Assembly: GCF_006345805.1 (NCBI RefSeq)
Contig: NC_043005.1
Location: forward strand, 16,926,001-16,990,000
Reading direction: 5' to 3'
DNA from: Octopus sinensis
Lineage: Eukaryota
DNA: 64,000 bases
Below, in pieces: positions 1-14,035 of this stretch (within the stretch, counting starts at the first letter, position 1; every line of letters starts with the position of its first letter). The notes beneath the pieces are model-generated. The model was not told where the DNA came from. It was given only the letters and a program-made list of their open reading frames with translations, and ran no database searches. The translations under genes and the position numbers were made by a program.

Positions 1-435
1 GATATTTCTGTTTGATTGATGTTGAAGAAATAATATATGAAAAAAAAAAAAAGTGTGAGAGAGGCAGGTGTGTAGTAGGAGTAAAAATAGATGTACGTAT
101 AGATTGTGCATATGCAATGTATAGATTGTGCATATGCAATGTATATAGATGGATGTGAAATGATGTATCTGTGTAGCCGTGTATGTATGTTTGTCTGTGT
201 GTGCATTTGTGTGTTTCCACTTAGTATAAAAGCCATATAAGTTACACAGGACTCTCGTTACGAAATCTAAGCAACATTTCAATCCACTTTGCCAAATTCT
301 ATAAAAAACATTCTTGATTCAGTTAATAATGTCAGCTCATATCATCTTTTTATCTTTATCCTTCCATTTCTTCCTCACTGAAATTTTTCTTCATAAACAA
401 GTATTTCCTTATTTTCTTTCTTAGACATTCTCTCT

Positions 436-478
<43 letters not shown>

Positions 479-727
479 CCCTCCCTCCCCCCTCCCCCTC
501 TCTCTCATTACACTTTGTCTCCCCTTCAGATTTTTATCAAAATGTAATTTGATGGTATATCTTACGGTAATATTTGGCATCTTGGTTCATATTGTTGCGG
601 GTGATGGTTTTGATGAAGTGTTTTGTGTCAATGGTGATAGGATGCTCTTGCTTTTGTTCTTGAACCCCAGGTTAGCCCTGGTCAAGTAGACCTATGATCA
701 AGGGCATTTCAGTCATGAATAGTCCTT

Positions 728-1105
728 GACATAGCCGGTGGCACGTAAAAAGCACCATCCGTTCGTGGCCGTTGCCAGCCTCGCCTGGCCCCCGTGCCGG
801 TGGCATGTAAAAAGCACCATCCATTCGTGGCCGATGCCAGCCTTGCCTGGCCCCCATGCCGGTGGCACATAAAAAGCACCATCCAATCGTGGCCGTTTGC
901 CAGACTCGTCTGGCACCTGTGCCGGTGGCACGTAAAAAGCACTCACTACACTCATGGAGTGGTTGGCATCCAGCCGTAGAAACATTGCCAGATCAAACTG
1001 GGCCTGGTGCAGCCTTCTGGCTTCCCGGACCCCAGTTGAACTCCAACCCATGCTAGCATGGAAAGCGGACGCTAAGCGATGATGATGATGATGATGATGA
1101 TGATG
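728..1105 (+). mobile_element. Retroposon family 3 (RTE-type 3' end, (GAT)n tail, 5' array of 62-65-bp units)
   Basis: ggttggc...agggcatccagc motif and gcatggaaagcggacgttaaacgatgatgat tail; about 15 copies in the window. Confidence 0.85.
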
Positions 1106-1534
1106 ATAGCATACCAAGGGCTACATTATTTGATGTGTCCTTTCTTTATCAAGACATTAAGGTGGTTGTGATTTGAGGGATGTTTGGCTTGTTATTTCCA
1201 GCAGGTTGGGTGACAACATACAAGTTAATTTCGATATATGTGTGCAACACCTAATAGTGGTATATTCTGTATGTTGTGTATATATGTAAACTCTGATGTA
1301 ATGTACCCTGGTGGTGGGTGCTGAAAAGATCCTGGCTTTGAGTAAAAGAAAATGCAGGAGGATCAATTAATTATGATTTTGTTAAACATATTCCCTTCTT
1401 GGATTCACACACTTACTGCAGCAGTCCTTCAGTTTTCCTAAGCCCTGTAAAAGACCTCAGAAGGCCTTTCACGATACCCTTAAAATCAGGAACTTTTCAG
1501 CACCCACTTCTATGTAAGATTTACGAAGTGTCAA

Positions 1535-1537
<3 letters not shown>

Positions 1538-1621
<84 letters not shown>

Positions 1622-1960
1622 GATATATATAGATAGATATATATAGATAGATATATATAGATAGATATATATAGATAGATATATATAGATAGATATATAT
1701 AGATAGATATATATAGATAGATATAGATAGATAGATATAGATAGATAGATATATATAGATAGATATATATAGATAGATATATATAGATAGATATATATAG
1801 ATAGATAGATATAGATAGATAGATATAGATAGATAGATATAGATAGATAGATATAGATAGATAGATATAGATAGATAGATATAGATAGATAGATATAGAT
1901 AGATAGATATAGATAGATATATATAGATATAGATATATATATATATAGAGAGAGAGAGAC
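1538..1960. repeat. Compound microsatellite (GT)n, (ATAG/ATATAG)n, (AG)n
   Basis: Read directly from the sequence. Confidence 0.95.
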
Positions 1961-2353
1961 CAAAGTGTATGTATGCCGCTATATTTTATATATAAAAAAA
2001 TATGTGTGTGATAACAGTAATGTCAGTCACATGTGTGTAGTATGTAATTGTACTATTTTCTCTGTTGTATATATGTCATGATGTATGTAATGTGTATGTG
2101 GTACCCTGTAGTATAATATACCATATGTTGTATGTATGTATGTGCAAATCCCAGTGGTATACTTACATGTTTGTCTGCATGATTTTAATTGTTCCCCAAG
2201 GCATCTATTATTATTATGGGAATTGTTTCTGTTTTCAGTTGCAACTTTCTGCTGTTGCCTATTTCTAATTCTTTATTTTTTTGACTAGTTTCTTCATATC
2301 ATTGGCCATTAGAACTGATACATCATCGCCACAACAGGTATGGCTATGTGGTT

Positions 2354-2578
2354 AAGGCGGCGAGCTGGCAGAAACGTTAGCGCGCCGGGTGAAATGCTTA
2401 GCGGTATTTCGTCTGTCTTATGTTCTGAGTTTGAATTCCGCCGAAGTCGACTTTACCTTTCATCCTTTCGGGGTCAATAAAGTACCAGTTATGCACTGGG
2501 GTCGATGTAATCGACTTAATCCCTTTGTCCTTGTTTGTCCCCTCTATGTTTAGCCCCTTGTGGGCAGCAAAGAAATAT
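2354..2578 (+). mobile_element. tRNA-derived SINE family 2
   Basis: ggcggcgagctggcagaaacgttagc...ctttcatcctttcggggtc...gccccttgtggg; about 10 copies in the window. Confidence 0.88.
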
Positions 2579-4193
2579 GTGGTTAAGAAGTTCACTTCCC
2601 AACCACATGGTTCTTGGTGTGGTGGCATGTCACGCGAGTGTCTTCTGTTATAGACCCCTGGCTTATCAAAACCGTCTAAGTGGATTGGTTGACAGGAATT
2701 GAAAGAAGCCCTTCACATATTGTGTGTGTGTGTCTCTTTGTAACATTCAATGATTGTAAATGAACGTTTTTGTCCTGCAAAAATGTGTCTGGCCTTGAGG
2801 AAAATACCACATTGCTTGGAAACCGGGAAAGGTTGGCAACAGGAAGGGCAACCGCTCTCAATAAACTCTGTCCAACCCATGCAAGCATGGAAAAGTGGAT
2901 ATCAAAATGATAATGAGGATACTGAGGCTGGAAAATTGACAAAAATTGTTAGAAATTTTTGGAGAAAATGTCTTGTTTTATCTCTTTATGATCTGAGTTT
3001 AAATCTTACTGAGGTTAACTTTGCCTTTTGTCCTTCCAGGCTTGATAAAATGCTAGTCTAGTGGGATCATATAATCAACTGCCCCCTACCTCTATCTCCC
3101 ACCCCTGTACCTATATTTGAAGCAATGATCTAAGTAGGAATTGGCTGAGTCATTAGTGTCAGATGAAAAGCGTTGTGGTGTTGCTTTCAATTTTTTATAT
3201 TTTGAGTTCAAATCCTTCTGAGGTCAGCTTTATCTTTCATCCTTATGAGGAGGTTTCATAAATTATAGTGTCTGACAAGTACTAGGATTGATTTCATCAA
3301 CTAACCCCCACCTCCAAAATTGTAGGCCTTGTGCCTTTATATGAAACAATGTTGTTTTTGTTAGTTACTACTACTACTACTAAGGCAGAGCTGATAGAAT
3401 TGTTAGTAGATTGGATAGAGTGCTTCACAGTATTTCTTCCAACTCTTTACATTCTGAGTTCAAACTCCACCAAGGTTGACTTTGTATTTCATCCTTTCAT
3501 GGTCATCAAATTAAGTACCTGTTGAGTACTGGGGTTGACTCCCCGCTCCCCCCTCCTAAATTGCTGGCCCTGTGCCAAAATTTGAAACCACTACTACCAC
3601 CATCATCATTACCAACATTGTTATCATTATTATTTCCATCTTCATCATCATCTTTATTATTATTACTACTATTATTATGAGTGTTTCATTCTGATCTTCC
3701 CAGCAAAGGTATCAGAACAAATTGAAGGTAGGACACCAACTTCCTTTCATCTGTTTGATGATGCATCTCATTGTGTTTTTTGGTTGCTCTTCTTTACCGA
3801 TTCTCTTTCAGTTGCCTGCAATCTAAACTAAACTAATAAATTTATTTTAATTATTTCTTTTTTTTTTTTGCTGTTTTAAAAATTTTTTCATTATATATTT
3901 GTTGTTGTTGTAGTAACTGATTGCATGAAACCATTGGATGCTATTTCTCTAAGGAATCTTGTGCAAAGTGTTAGCTGTGTTGTGAATCACTCTTTGGAAT
4001 GGTTTAACACAAACCCGTTTAATGTGAAACAATGTCTACATAGTTCTAATTGTTGTTGTTTGGTGACTCTTGTCTGTTTTGCTTGAGTAAATTTATCTTG
4101 GATGTAACCATTTGAATTAAACATTTGACTGTCATATCTGAGTATTCAGTCTTCATTGACAAGAATGTGTATTAGTGTTTGTGTGTGTATGCA

Positions 4194-4230
<37 letters not shown>

Positions 4231-4511
4231 TATATATATATATATATATGATGATATATATATATATATTTGGTAGACAGAAACTGAAGCCAGTCATGTG
4301 TGTGTGTGTGTGCGCCTGTGTTTGTTCCCCCAACATCGTTTGACAACCGATGCTGGTGTGTTTATGTCCCAGTAACTTAGCGGTTCGACAAAAAGAGACT
4401 GATTGAATAAGTACTAGGCTTACGAGGAAAAAGTCCTGGGGTCGATTAGCTCGACTAAAGGCGGTGCTCCAACATGGCCGCAGTCAAATGACTGAAATGA
4501 ATAAAAGAATA

Positions 4512-4566
<55 letters not shown>

Positions 4567-7265
4567 AAAGAAAATCAGAAGGAAGTCAAGCAGTTACCCC
4601 AGGCAGCAATCCTGCTGTGAACACCAGCTTTCAGAATGTATAGGAAGGAAAAATTCTTCAGTAGAAATATTGGTTTTACACAAACTGAAAATTCAGGAAG
4701 TTACTTTTAGTTGTGAAGTATAAAATAATTGGAGACTGGAATTTTTTGACATCAGATTTATTCTACAGATTACAACTGTTTCATAAGCCGAGGTTATACC
4801 AAGGTGACTTGTGGATCTTTCTATATATAATCAATATAAAATAATTGTTACTCTTGTCCCTTTTATCAGCTGTAAACCAGGGAATAAATCTTTACTTTGT
4901 GTATGTGTGAGTGTTTGTATGTACACACATGCTTGGTTTTATCTACTGGAAAATACAAATATTTCTATTTATAATTAAGCAATTAGTATTAAAAGAAAAG
5001 CACCCACTTCACTCTTGGAGTGGTTGGTGTTATGAAGGGCATCCAGCTATAGAAATTTTGTGAGATCAGATGCAGCCTTCTGGCTTGCCGGCCCTCAGTC
5101 AAACCATCCAGCCAATGCCAGCATGGAAAGTAGGCGTTAAATGACAATGATGAAGTTTTTTAATTTTTTCTTAATAGATTTCTATAAAATGTTTATCTTG
5201 TTTCATCAATAGAACTTCAGAGGATAAATCTTTGACAACTGATTGGTGAAAGAAAAAGGATATTTTCTAAGAGCTAATTGCTCCTCTCTCATACTTGAAA
5301 TTCTCATCACCTGGCATAAAGCAACCTCCCTCAATACTACACCCAACTAAGTTGAGGTGTCTTGTCTTGCAAATTACTTGGTGACCTTTTTGGTGCCAGT
5401 AACATTTATAAAGCTCTCAGTAAGATCTGTAGTGGTTGACGTTAGAGAGGGCACCCACCTGGAGAAACCATGCCAAAGCAGATATAGGAGCTTGACAAGC
5501 CAACCCATGCAAGCAATTGAAGATGGGTGTTAAATGGTGGTGGTGTGTGTGTAAAATTTTAAATTCAGTTTTTGGTTTTCTATCATACATACAAAGATGG
5601 ATTGGTTTTGGCAGAAATGCCTTTGATTATAGGTCTTGCACAGTCACTTGACTCAGGGCTAAGCAATATATATATGTAACAGCCAAATGTCTTTATTAAA
5701 AACAAACCCCCTCTTTGCTCTTCCGAATGGCTTCCGCATGTTTCCTGCTTTAAATCTACCGAATCAACCGAATTGTTCTTCAGTCAACTGCTCGTCTCTG
5801 TGCCACAGAATTTCTTCAAACAGAACTGAGCACGGAAGAAGCATGACTCAAATGAATTGCAATTTTGGCAACCTACTTCATATTCCATATTTTTCTTCCC
5901 GCTTGACTGATATTAGCAGCCAAACATTTCATGTTATCTATTTTACTTTGAAATTTTGGTACAAGCTTGAGGTGTATGTGTGGGGTGTGAACTAATGTGA
6001 CTTATTTTAGATAAACCTGTATATAATTAGACCATTTTTTTTTCATATGCTTGTAAGAAAGATAAAAAAAAAAAGGAAAATTGGGGTTTGTAGGTGGGAG
6101 TATAATAAAACGCCAGTTCTTTCGAAATTTTCATTCCGGTTTTTTTTTTTTTCTCACCAAGAAACACTTTTCTTCAGAGACTTCCTTGCAGTTTCATTCC
6201 TCTTCGCCCTTCCCTCTCCCTCATACACACACACACACATACTTTCTCTCTTCCTCCCCCTATCTGTCTATCACAGACAACAAGGTATTCCATTTGTTTA
6301 TGGTGGTTGCGGCAGCAGTGACGAGGCAGGGGGAGACAATGAGACTAACGATTTCCCCAGAAATCTGGTTCTTTGCTCTTTGTATTGTTTACTTAGCACA
6401 ACAACAGAACAATTGTTGGCTGCGTAACACCCAACACAGTTGGTGCAGTCAACTCACCCACCTACCTGCCCACCTACCCAGCTTCCCTCTGGAATATCTT
6501 CATTCTTCAGATCTGTTCTTAGGAAATAGCTTTCACTCAATGTGGCCATTTATTTCTCTATTTGTTTAGTTAATACAGGTGTACATATTATTATTATTAG
6601 TAGTAGTAGTAGTTGTATTAGTAAATGTCAAGAGAATAGTAAAAACCTCTTGTTGCTTAATGGCAAAGTATGCATGCATGCATGTACTCTGATGTAATAA
6701 TATATGGATAGCTTCAGGGTGGGTCTTCATTTTTTTATCAGCTGCCTAGAGACCAGGACCTGATTACCTAAGTGCTGACCAAAGTAATTTATCAAAAACT
6801 TTATCTCAGGGTGGGGGGAAGATTTTTTTTTTCTTTCTTTTAAGCTCCTAGTTGAAATTAATCCCCAGTTCCCTTTGCTCGCATTTAAACTGCTCTAACT
6901 GCATGCGTAGCAGTTTGTTTGGAGGTCGTATAGTACAGTTTTAAACACCACAAATTTTTTTGTTTTCTAGAATTCTCTGTCGTGTGTCTGTATGCAAATG
7001 CTTGCTGTTGTTTCTAATACTGAACTAACATCTCTAGTAAATCTTGCTTCCCTTTTCAGAATTGCAACCCTCTGGAATTCTGTTCTTGCTTATCTTACTC
7101 CCAACCTCATCTCTTACAAACCTGGACCTTCAACTTGTCAGCATTTTCACCATTTTCTAAAGGCCTGCAAGGATTGCTTGGCCTCCTGTCCCTCGTTCTT
7201 TAACTGACTTTAACAAAAAAAAAAAGAAAAGAAAAAGAAAGTGGGGGTGGGGAATAAAAAGGTAT

Positions 7266-7655
7266 AGACGCAGGAGTGGCTGTGTGGTAAGTAGCTTGCT
7301 TACTAACCACATGGTTCCTAATTCAGTCCCATTGCATGGCACCTTGGGCAAGTGTCTTCTATAGCCTCAGGCCAACCAAAGCCTTGTGAGTGGATTTGGT
7401 AGATGGAAACTGAAAGAAGCCCGTCATATATATCTATGTGCGTGTATATGTTTGTGTGTCTGTGTTTGTCCCCCCAACATTGCTTGACAACCGATGCTGG
7501 TGTGTTTACGTCCCTGTAACTTAGCGGTTCAGCAAAAAGCAACTGATAGAATAAGTACTAGGCTTCAAAAGAATAAGTCCTGGGGTCGATTTGCTCAACT
7601 AAAGGTGGTGCTCCAACATGGCTGCAGTCAAATGACTGAAACAAGTAAAAGAATA
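7266..7655 (+). mobile_element. tRNA-derived SINE family 1 (head, ccttgggcaagt core, microsatellite, second module)
   Basis: At least 13 copies in the window at roughly 85-95% similarity by eye; A/B-box-like head ggagtggctgtgtggtaag...ggttcagtccc. Confidence 0.9.
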
Positions 7656-8849
7656 AGGATATAAGATGCATCTTAATTTTGGCAGACATCTTCTTGGACA
7701 ACCACTTGCCTTTTGTTTATAAGATGCAGGTTGATTTTTCTGCACCACGGATAAACAAAATAACATTCCTTTTAAGCTGTGAAATACAGCAGGTGAATTG
7801 TTTGTCAGTGTTGACATCTAAAATGATGAGAATCTCTGAAGAAACTTTTCCCTCTTTCTTTCACCTGGAATTTCTCATTGCTGTCTTCCAATCTTGGTGA
7901 GATTTGAACACAGTACTACTGTTACTGAATGTGGTTGAGAACAGTAGTTTTAACCAAGGATGCTATTATTGTTCACAAAATGTATACGGTATAAAACATA
8001 TATACACAAATAAACCATCCCACATATATTTGTTTTAAATTAGCTTCTAATTTTATAGATTACCTTGGGACTAAATAGCTAATGTTATGGATGCAAGTAT
8101 GGCTGTGCGATTAAGGGTTAGATTCGCTCCTCTCACATGGCACCTTCTATAGCCCTTGGCTGATTGAAGGTTTGAGAGAAGCCCATTGTGTGTATATGTA
8201 TTTATGTATGTCACTTCTTGTTTTGACACAGCATGGTTGTTATAAACTAATGCCACCATCATACAAACTGTCAATCATTTCCAATATTATCAAAGAATTG
8301 TCCTGCCATGAGGTAATGCCTTGCTTGGAAATGAGTGACACTTGGTGACAGGGAGGACATTCAACTGTAGAAAATCTACTTCATTGAATTATGTCTGATC
8401 CAGGCTTGCGTGGATCAGGCACAAATTATGATGTATTTCTCCCATGTATGCGAGCTTTGAAAGTAGAGGTTCCTACTTCAAATCCAGTTATATACTATGT
8501 ACACACTCGAGACTGAGGTATCTAATAGGATCAAAGTGATCACATCAAAAACTTGAAAATATATTTTTCATCTCCGCTGACGAAAAAAAAAAGATAGCTT
8601 GATAAATTTTAATCATATTTTATAGATTGTATTTCTGACAAATATTTTGTTTCTTATATCTGCCTTTGGCTTTCATATTTTCTAATTTCTGAAAATCCCC
8701 AAGTCTTTTCTTTGAAGTAACAATGTTGCATGTTATATATTCAATTAAAACTTAGAATTATATGCAGTTCTATATCTTACTGTTATATGAATATCAATGT
8801 CAAGATAGGGCTTGATCTTTTGAGATCTAATTAAAACATGTGAACAGCG

Positions 8850-9698
8850 AAAAGTACAAAAGTTCTCAGACTAGTTCTGTAGTGTGCCAACAGATGGCAG
8901 CACATGATTGTGGGTGCAGTGAGAGCTAGCAGTGACCTTCATGAGGCAGTGTGCTGACAGCCACATCTCAGTGTTTACTTCACAAGTTGTGAAACTTGTG
9001 TCTTTGTGATCACGTATGCTGTAGTCTGTGATTTTTGTCATGGACAGGAAGGTGGAACAAAGAGTTGGAACAAATGTGAAAATTTGTGTTAAACTTGGGA
9101 AGTCTGCTACAGAGATATTGAGCATGCTTTGGCAAGCTTACGGCGACAAGGCACTGGGTTGTACACAATGTTCTGAATGGCCCGGAAGCTTCAAAAGCTG
9201 AAGAACACCCGTGGAAGACAATGAGCAATCTGGAAGACCTACCACGTCTCCCCACTGGAAATGTGGAGAAAGTTTGTCAGCTTCTGCATGGGGATTGTCA
9301 AAGGACAATCAACAACATTGCTGATGTTGTTGGTCTTTCATATGGGTCTGTGCAAGCAATCCTAACATCTACGAAGAATTGGATTCTTCATGATGCAATG
9401 TGCCCTGTCACTAATCTTTCCTCATTCGTAAGTTTCTTGCCAAAGGTATGGTATTGCTTCCACACCTGCCCTATTCACCAGATTTAACACCGTTGTTGAG
9501 ATCAAGGGTGAATCACAGTCTTCAACCTATTTACAGAAAATGACTTCTAGGCCGGATTCCGAAAGTGACAGGAATGCTAGGACCAGTATATTACTGTGCA
9601 AGATGACTATTTTGAAGGAGATGATGTTAAAACTTGGGTAAATGAGCCACTTTTTATTAAACATAGCTAGTCTTGGAACTTCTTGATACCACCACATA
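8850..9698 (+). mobile_element. Internally deleted, degenerate mariner (Tc1/mariner) element
   Basis: Translates with frameshifts and stops as EQRV..NVKICVKLGKSATEILSML.QAYGD...SGRP..S..NVEKV..L (mariner HTH region), then LPYSPDLTP and DYFEGD. Imperfect terminal inverted repeats aaaagttctcagactag (8858-8874) and ctagtcttggaacttctt (9667-9684). Confidence 0.85.
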
Positions 9699-10218
9699 TA
9701 TCTAAATATACTGGAAACAACACTATCTCTATGCATATTAAATATAGCAGATACTTTAATATCTGTACAGGTATTGGCATGGTTCTGTGGTTAAGAAGCT
9801 TCGTTTCCAATCGTGTGATCTTGGGTTCAGTCCCATTGCATGACACCTTCAGTAAGTGTCTTCTACAATAATCCTTGGCTAAGCCTTGTGAATGGATTTG
9901 ATAGACAGAAATTGAAGAAAAGCCCTTCATATATATATATGTGCTTGTACGTACCCTTGTCTAAATATCACATGATGGTTGTTAAATGAGCATCATCATC
10001 ATCATTACAAGCCATGTTGTTTGTTTCCAGTATTCCATCAAAAACACGACTAGCTATGGGGGAAATATTACATTGCTTGGAAATGGATGAGAGTTGGTGA
10101 CAGGAAGGTCATTTGACAGTAGAAAATCTACCTCAAATTCTGTCTGACCCATGCAAGCATGGAAAAGCCAATAATAATGACATATAGGTGGTTTAATATA
10201 AAGTGGCTCATTTACCTG

Positions 10219-10592
10219 TAGGAGTGGTTGTGTGGTAAGTAGCTTGCTTACCAACCACATGGTTCCGGGTTCAGTCCCACTGCATGGCACCTTGGGCAAG
10301 TGTCTTCTACTATAGCCTCGGGCCGACCAAAGCCTTGTGAGTGGATTTGGTAGATGGAAACTGAAAGAAGCCCGTCGTATGTGTGTTTGTGTGTCTGTGT
10401 TTGTACTGCAAGATTGCTTGACAACTGATGCTGGTGTGTTTACGTCCCCGTAACTTAGCGGTTCAGCAAAAGAGACCGATAGAATAAGTACTGGGCTTAC
10501 AAAGAATAAGTCCTGGGTCGATTTGCTTGACTAAAGGCGGTGCTCCAGCATGGCCACAGTCAAATGACTGAAACAAGTAAAAGAGCAAAAGA
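10219..10592 (+). mobile_element. SINE family 1
   Basis: Full-length copy. Confidence 0.9.
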
Positions 10593-10713
10593 GATCTTGA
10601 TATTTAACTGTACACATTGATTATATATTAAATTTCATCTAACCAATCTTGTAATTTACTAATATTTTACTGTCTGAGCTGTCTTTATGGTGCATTTTTG
10701 TTTTTGCATAGTG

Positions 10714-10750
<37 letters not shown>

Positions 10751-11629
10751 CAATAGTGTTGTAGTTAAGACAACCGTTGAGTCTGGTGCATATTGGGATG
10801 ATGAAAGCCTTTTTGTTTTTGTGGAGTGTGGAAATCTTAGGACATGCTCTTGTAACTGTGTGCTTGCTGGCTTTGTGTTGATGTGTCATAGTGTAGTGTG
10901 TTGTTTGAAGCAGACACATTCTAGTGATGTTTGTGTGTGGAGGTGAGGTGAATGCTTGCATGGTTTCATGGAGTGGCAAATCGACCATTGCATCTAGCTT
11001 GACAACATTTACTTGTCAGCTACAGGTAAGTGTTTTCTCGCATTTAAATACTTTCTCACACATACATACATACATACACACAAACGTGTGTGTATCTTAT
11101 GATGCATGTATAATGCATATATTCTCTTTCTCTCTCTCACTTCTCTATTCTTCAACACGTGACAATGTAATTAGTATAGCCACTGTTTATGACAACTCCT
11201 TTTCAGTAAAGGATATTACTCACTAATTGTCATTAGTTCAAGCTATTAAGACCCATTTGTGTTGAATTGATCGACAAAGGGTTTGTGCATTTAAATGTGT
11301 GTGTCTAATAAATATATATATATAAAGTAAAAAATTGCACAGGAGGATAACAGAACCCCCCACACACACACATAGGGCTTGACATGCTCAACACTCGTCA
11401 GTTATTGACCAAAAATCATTGAATTTTGAGCCTTTATATATGTGTGTGAGTGTGTAATGTATGTATATAATAATGGACTATCTCATTGCTAGACAACAAT
11501 ATGAGGGTTCGACAAATTATTACCGAGCAACCACACAGATAATATGTCTAAAATATATCTTTGTGAGGAATTTTTTTGATATTGAATTTCATGCTATTAT
11601 CTCAAAATACAGTGTATGTATATATATAT

Positions 11630-11663
<34 letters not shown>

Positions 11664-11664
<1 letters not shown>

Positions 11665-12015
11665 CATCATCATCATTATCATACATCCATTTTCCATTTT
11701 AGCATGCGTTGGACGATTTGACTGAGGTCTGGCGAACCTGATGGCTGCACTAGGCTCCAATCTGATCTAGCAGAGTTTCTACAGCTGGATGCCTTTCCCA
11801 ACGCCAACCACTCCGAGAGTATAGTGGGTGCTTTTATGTGCCACCGGCATGAGAGCCAGTCAGGTGGTACTGGTAACAGCCCTGCTCAAATGGTGCTTTT
11901 TATGTGCCACCTGCACAGGAGCCAGTCCAGCGGCACTGGTAATGACCTTACTTGAATGTTTTTTCACATGCCAGTAAGGCAACGCTGGTAACGATCAAGC
12001 TCGAATGGTGCTTTT
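11664..12015 (-). mobile_element. Retroposon family 3
   Basis: (CAT)n then reverse-complement body and variant array units. Confidence 0.8.
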
Positions 12016-12473
12016 TACATGTTATGTAAAAACGATATATATATATAAATATCATCATTGTTTTTACATGTTTTTTCATACTTGCATAGGCCAGATGGAA
12101 TTCATTTATGCTGATTTCTGTCAGAGATTCCTTTTCTGTTGCCATCCTGTTTCCAAGGAAAGGTAATATTTTCCTATGGCTAGACAGGTTCTTACAGAAA
12201 GTGGAAATAAATATAGCATATGTGACAGTGATTCTTGCTTACAACCATCGTGTGATGTCCAGACAAGGAGACACAAACACACACAAATATATCTACTACA
12301 GGTTTCTGTTAATAGTTTCCATGTACCAAATCCATATTCAGGCTGTTGTTTGGCCTGGGGTTGTAGTAGAAGACATTTGCCTAAAGCGTTACAGTGAGGT
12401 TAAAACTGAAACCATGCAGTTGGGAAGCAAGATTCTTAACCACACAACGATGCCTGCCCCTGCTCTCTCTCTG

Positions 12474-12506
<33 letters not shown>

Positions 12507-12509
<3 letters not shown>

Positions 12510-12788
12510 TCTCTTTTACTTGTTTCAGTCATTTGACTGCGGCCATGCTGGAGCACCGCCTTTAGTCGAGCAGATCGACCCCGGGACTTATTCTTTGTAA
12601 GCCCAGTACTTATTCTATCGGTCCCTTTTGCCGAACCGCTAAGTGACGGGGACGTAAACACACCAGCATCGGTTGTCAAGCAATGCTAGGGCGACAAACA
12701 CAGACACACAAACATATACACACACATATATACGACAGGCTTCTTTCAGTTTCCGTCTACCAAATCCACTCACAAGGCATTGATAGAT

Positions 12789-12840
<52 letters not shown>

Positions 12841-13390
12841 CGTCACTGGGGGTGGTTATATATACACACACATGCATGGCTGACTAGTTTCATTGTAGGA
12901 ATATAAGGAGGATTTAAAACATAAAGACAGCCATTCCCTGAAAAGCCTATTCCAGTACCTCTGTAGAAAATGCTCTTTTATATAAAGAACAACACTGGTA
13001 TCTGTTTGGAGATTTTTGAATAACAAAATATTTATTGTTATCTTACTCTCTTTTACTTGTTTCAGCCATTTGACTGCGGCCATGCTGGAGCACCGCCTTT
13101 GGTTGAGCAAATCGACCCCGGGACTTATTTTTTGTAAGCCCTGTACTTATTCTATCGGTCTCTTTTGCCGAACCGCTAAGTGACACAAACATATACACAC
13201 ACATACATACAAATATTTACATATATACGACAGGCTTCTTTCAGTTTCCGTCTACCAAATCCACTCACAAGGCTTTGGTCGGCCCAAGGCTATAGCAGAA
13301 GACACTTGCCCAAGATGCCACGCAGTGGGACTGAACCCGGAACCATGTGGTTGGTTAGCAAGCTACTTACCACACAGCCACTCCTGCGCC
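12507..13390 (-). mobile_element. Two SINE family 1 copies (12507-12780 partial; 13048-13390 full)
   Basis: Reverse-complement matches to the family. Confidence 0.88.
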
Positions 13391-14035
13391 TATAAACAAT
13401 ATAAAAATGTTGCTACTATGAATGACAAGACAGTGATGAAGTTTGGAGATGATAATTCTCTGATTGGTAGGATTGTAGCAGCAGTCAAAATGCTAGCTGG
13501 TCCTTATGTTGCTATCACTACTCATTCACTGTTTAGCTGCTACTGTCTTCTAATGTCTCTTGTTCACTACCTATTCTTTGCTTGGGTCAGCTGCTGTTTG
13601 CAGTCTCTTTCCCATCTGTCTGCAGTCTCTTTTGTTCATAGTAGCTATGGTGAACTGTACTGAACTTATAGTAATGGTTAGGATTAGAAAGTAATGTACC
13701 AAAAGTCTTGATTGATCAGATCTTTTTGATATTCTAGCAAACACAACATTGGATATAGTGATCTGATTGCTAAATATTCCCACTACACTATAAATTATCT
13801 TGAGGATTAGTAACAAGAAATTTCCTCAATAGGTTTTTGTGAAGAATTCTTGCAAAAATTAAAAAATAGGACAATTTTCTGCAATTTTATGATTCAAGAC
13901 GCCAGTATCAATATCACAGTCTCTTGGTGTTATTTTTAACATTATTACGACAGCAAAGATAGTCTTCACTCATATATTCTAACATTTTCCCAGTTGTGTA
14001 ACTGAGTTCCTAACGATTTTTAAACTTTTTAATTT

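Noticed and set aside
1469-1963. Long ORFs such as 1469..1963, 18366..18890, 25978..26319 and 45170..45736
   Set aside because: They are stop-free only because they translate microsatellite or low-complexity tracts.
2289-2337. Apparent small exon ending in cag/gtatgg
   Set aside because: The donor-like sequence is the decayed head of a SINE (caggagtggctgtgtgg).
6277-6430. Kunitz-like FVYGGCG peptide in ORF 6047..6427
   Set aside because: The remaining Kunitz cysteines and the GNxNNF motif are absent and there is no convincing exon boundary pair; likely chance.
11505-11600. Possible mariner terminal repeat (tatgagggttcgacaaat)
   Set aside because: No partner inverted repeat or transposase remnant nearby.
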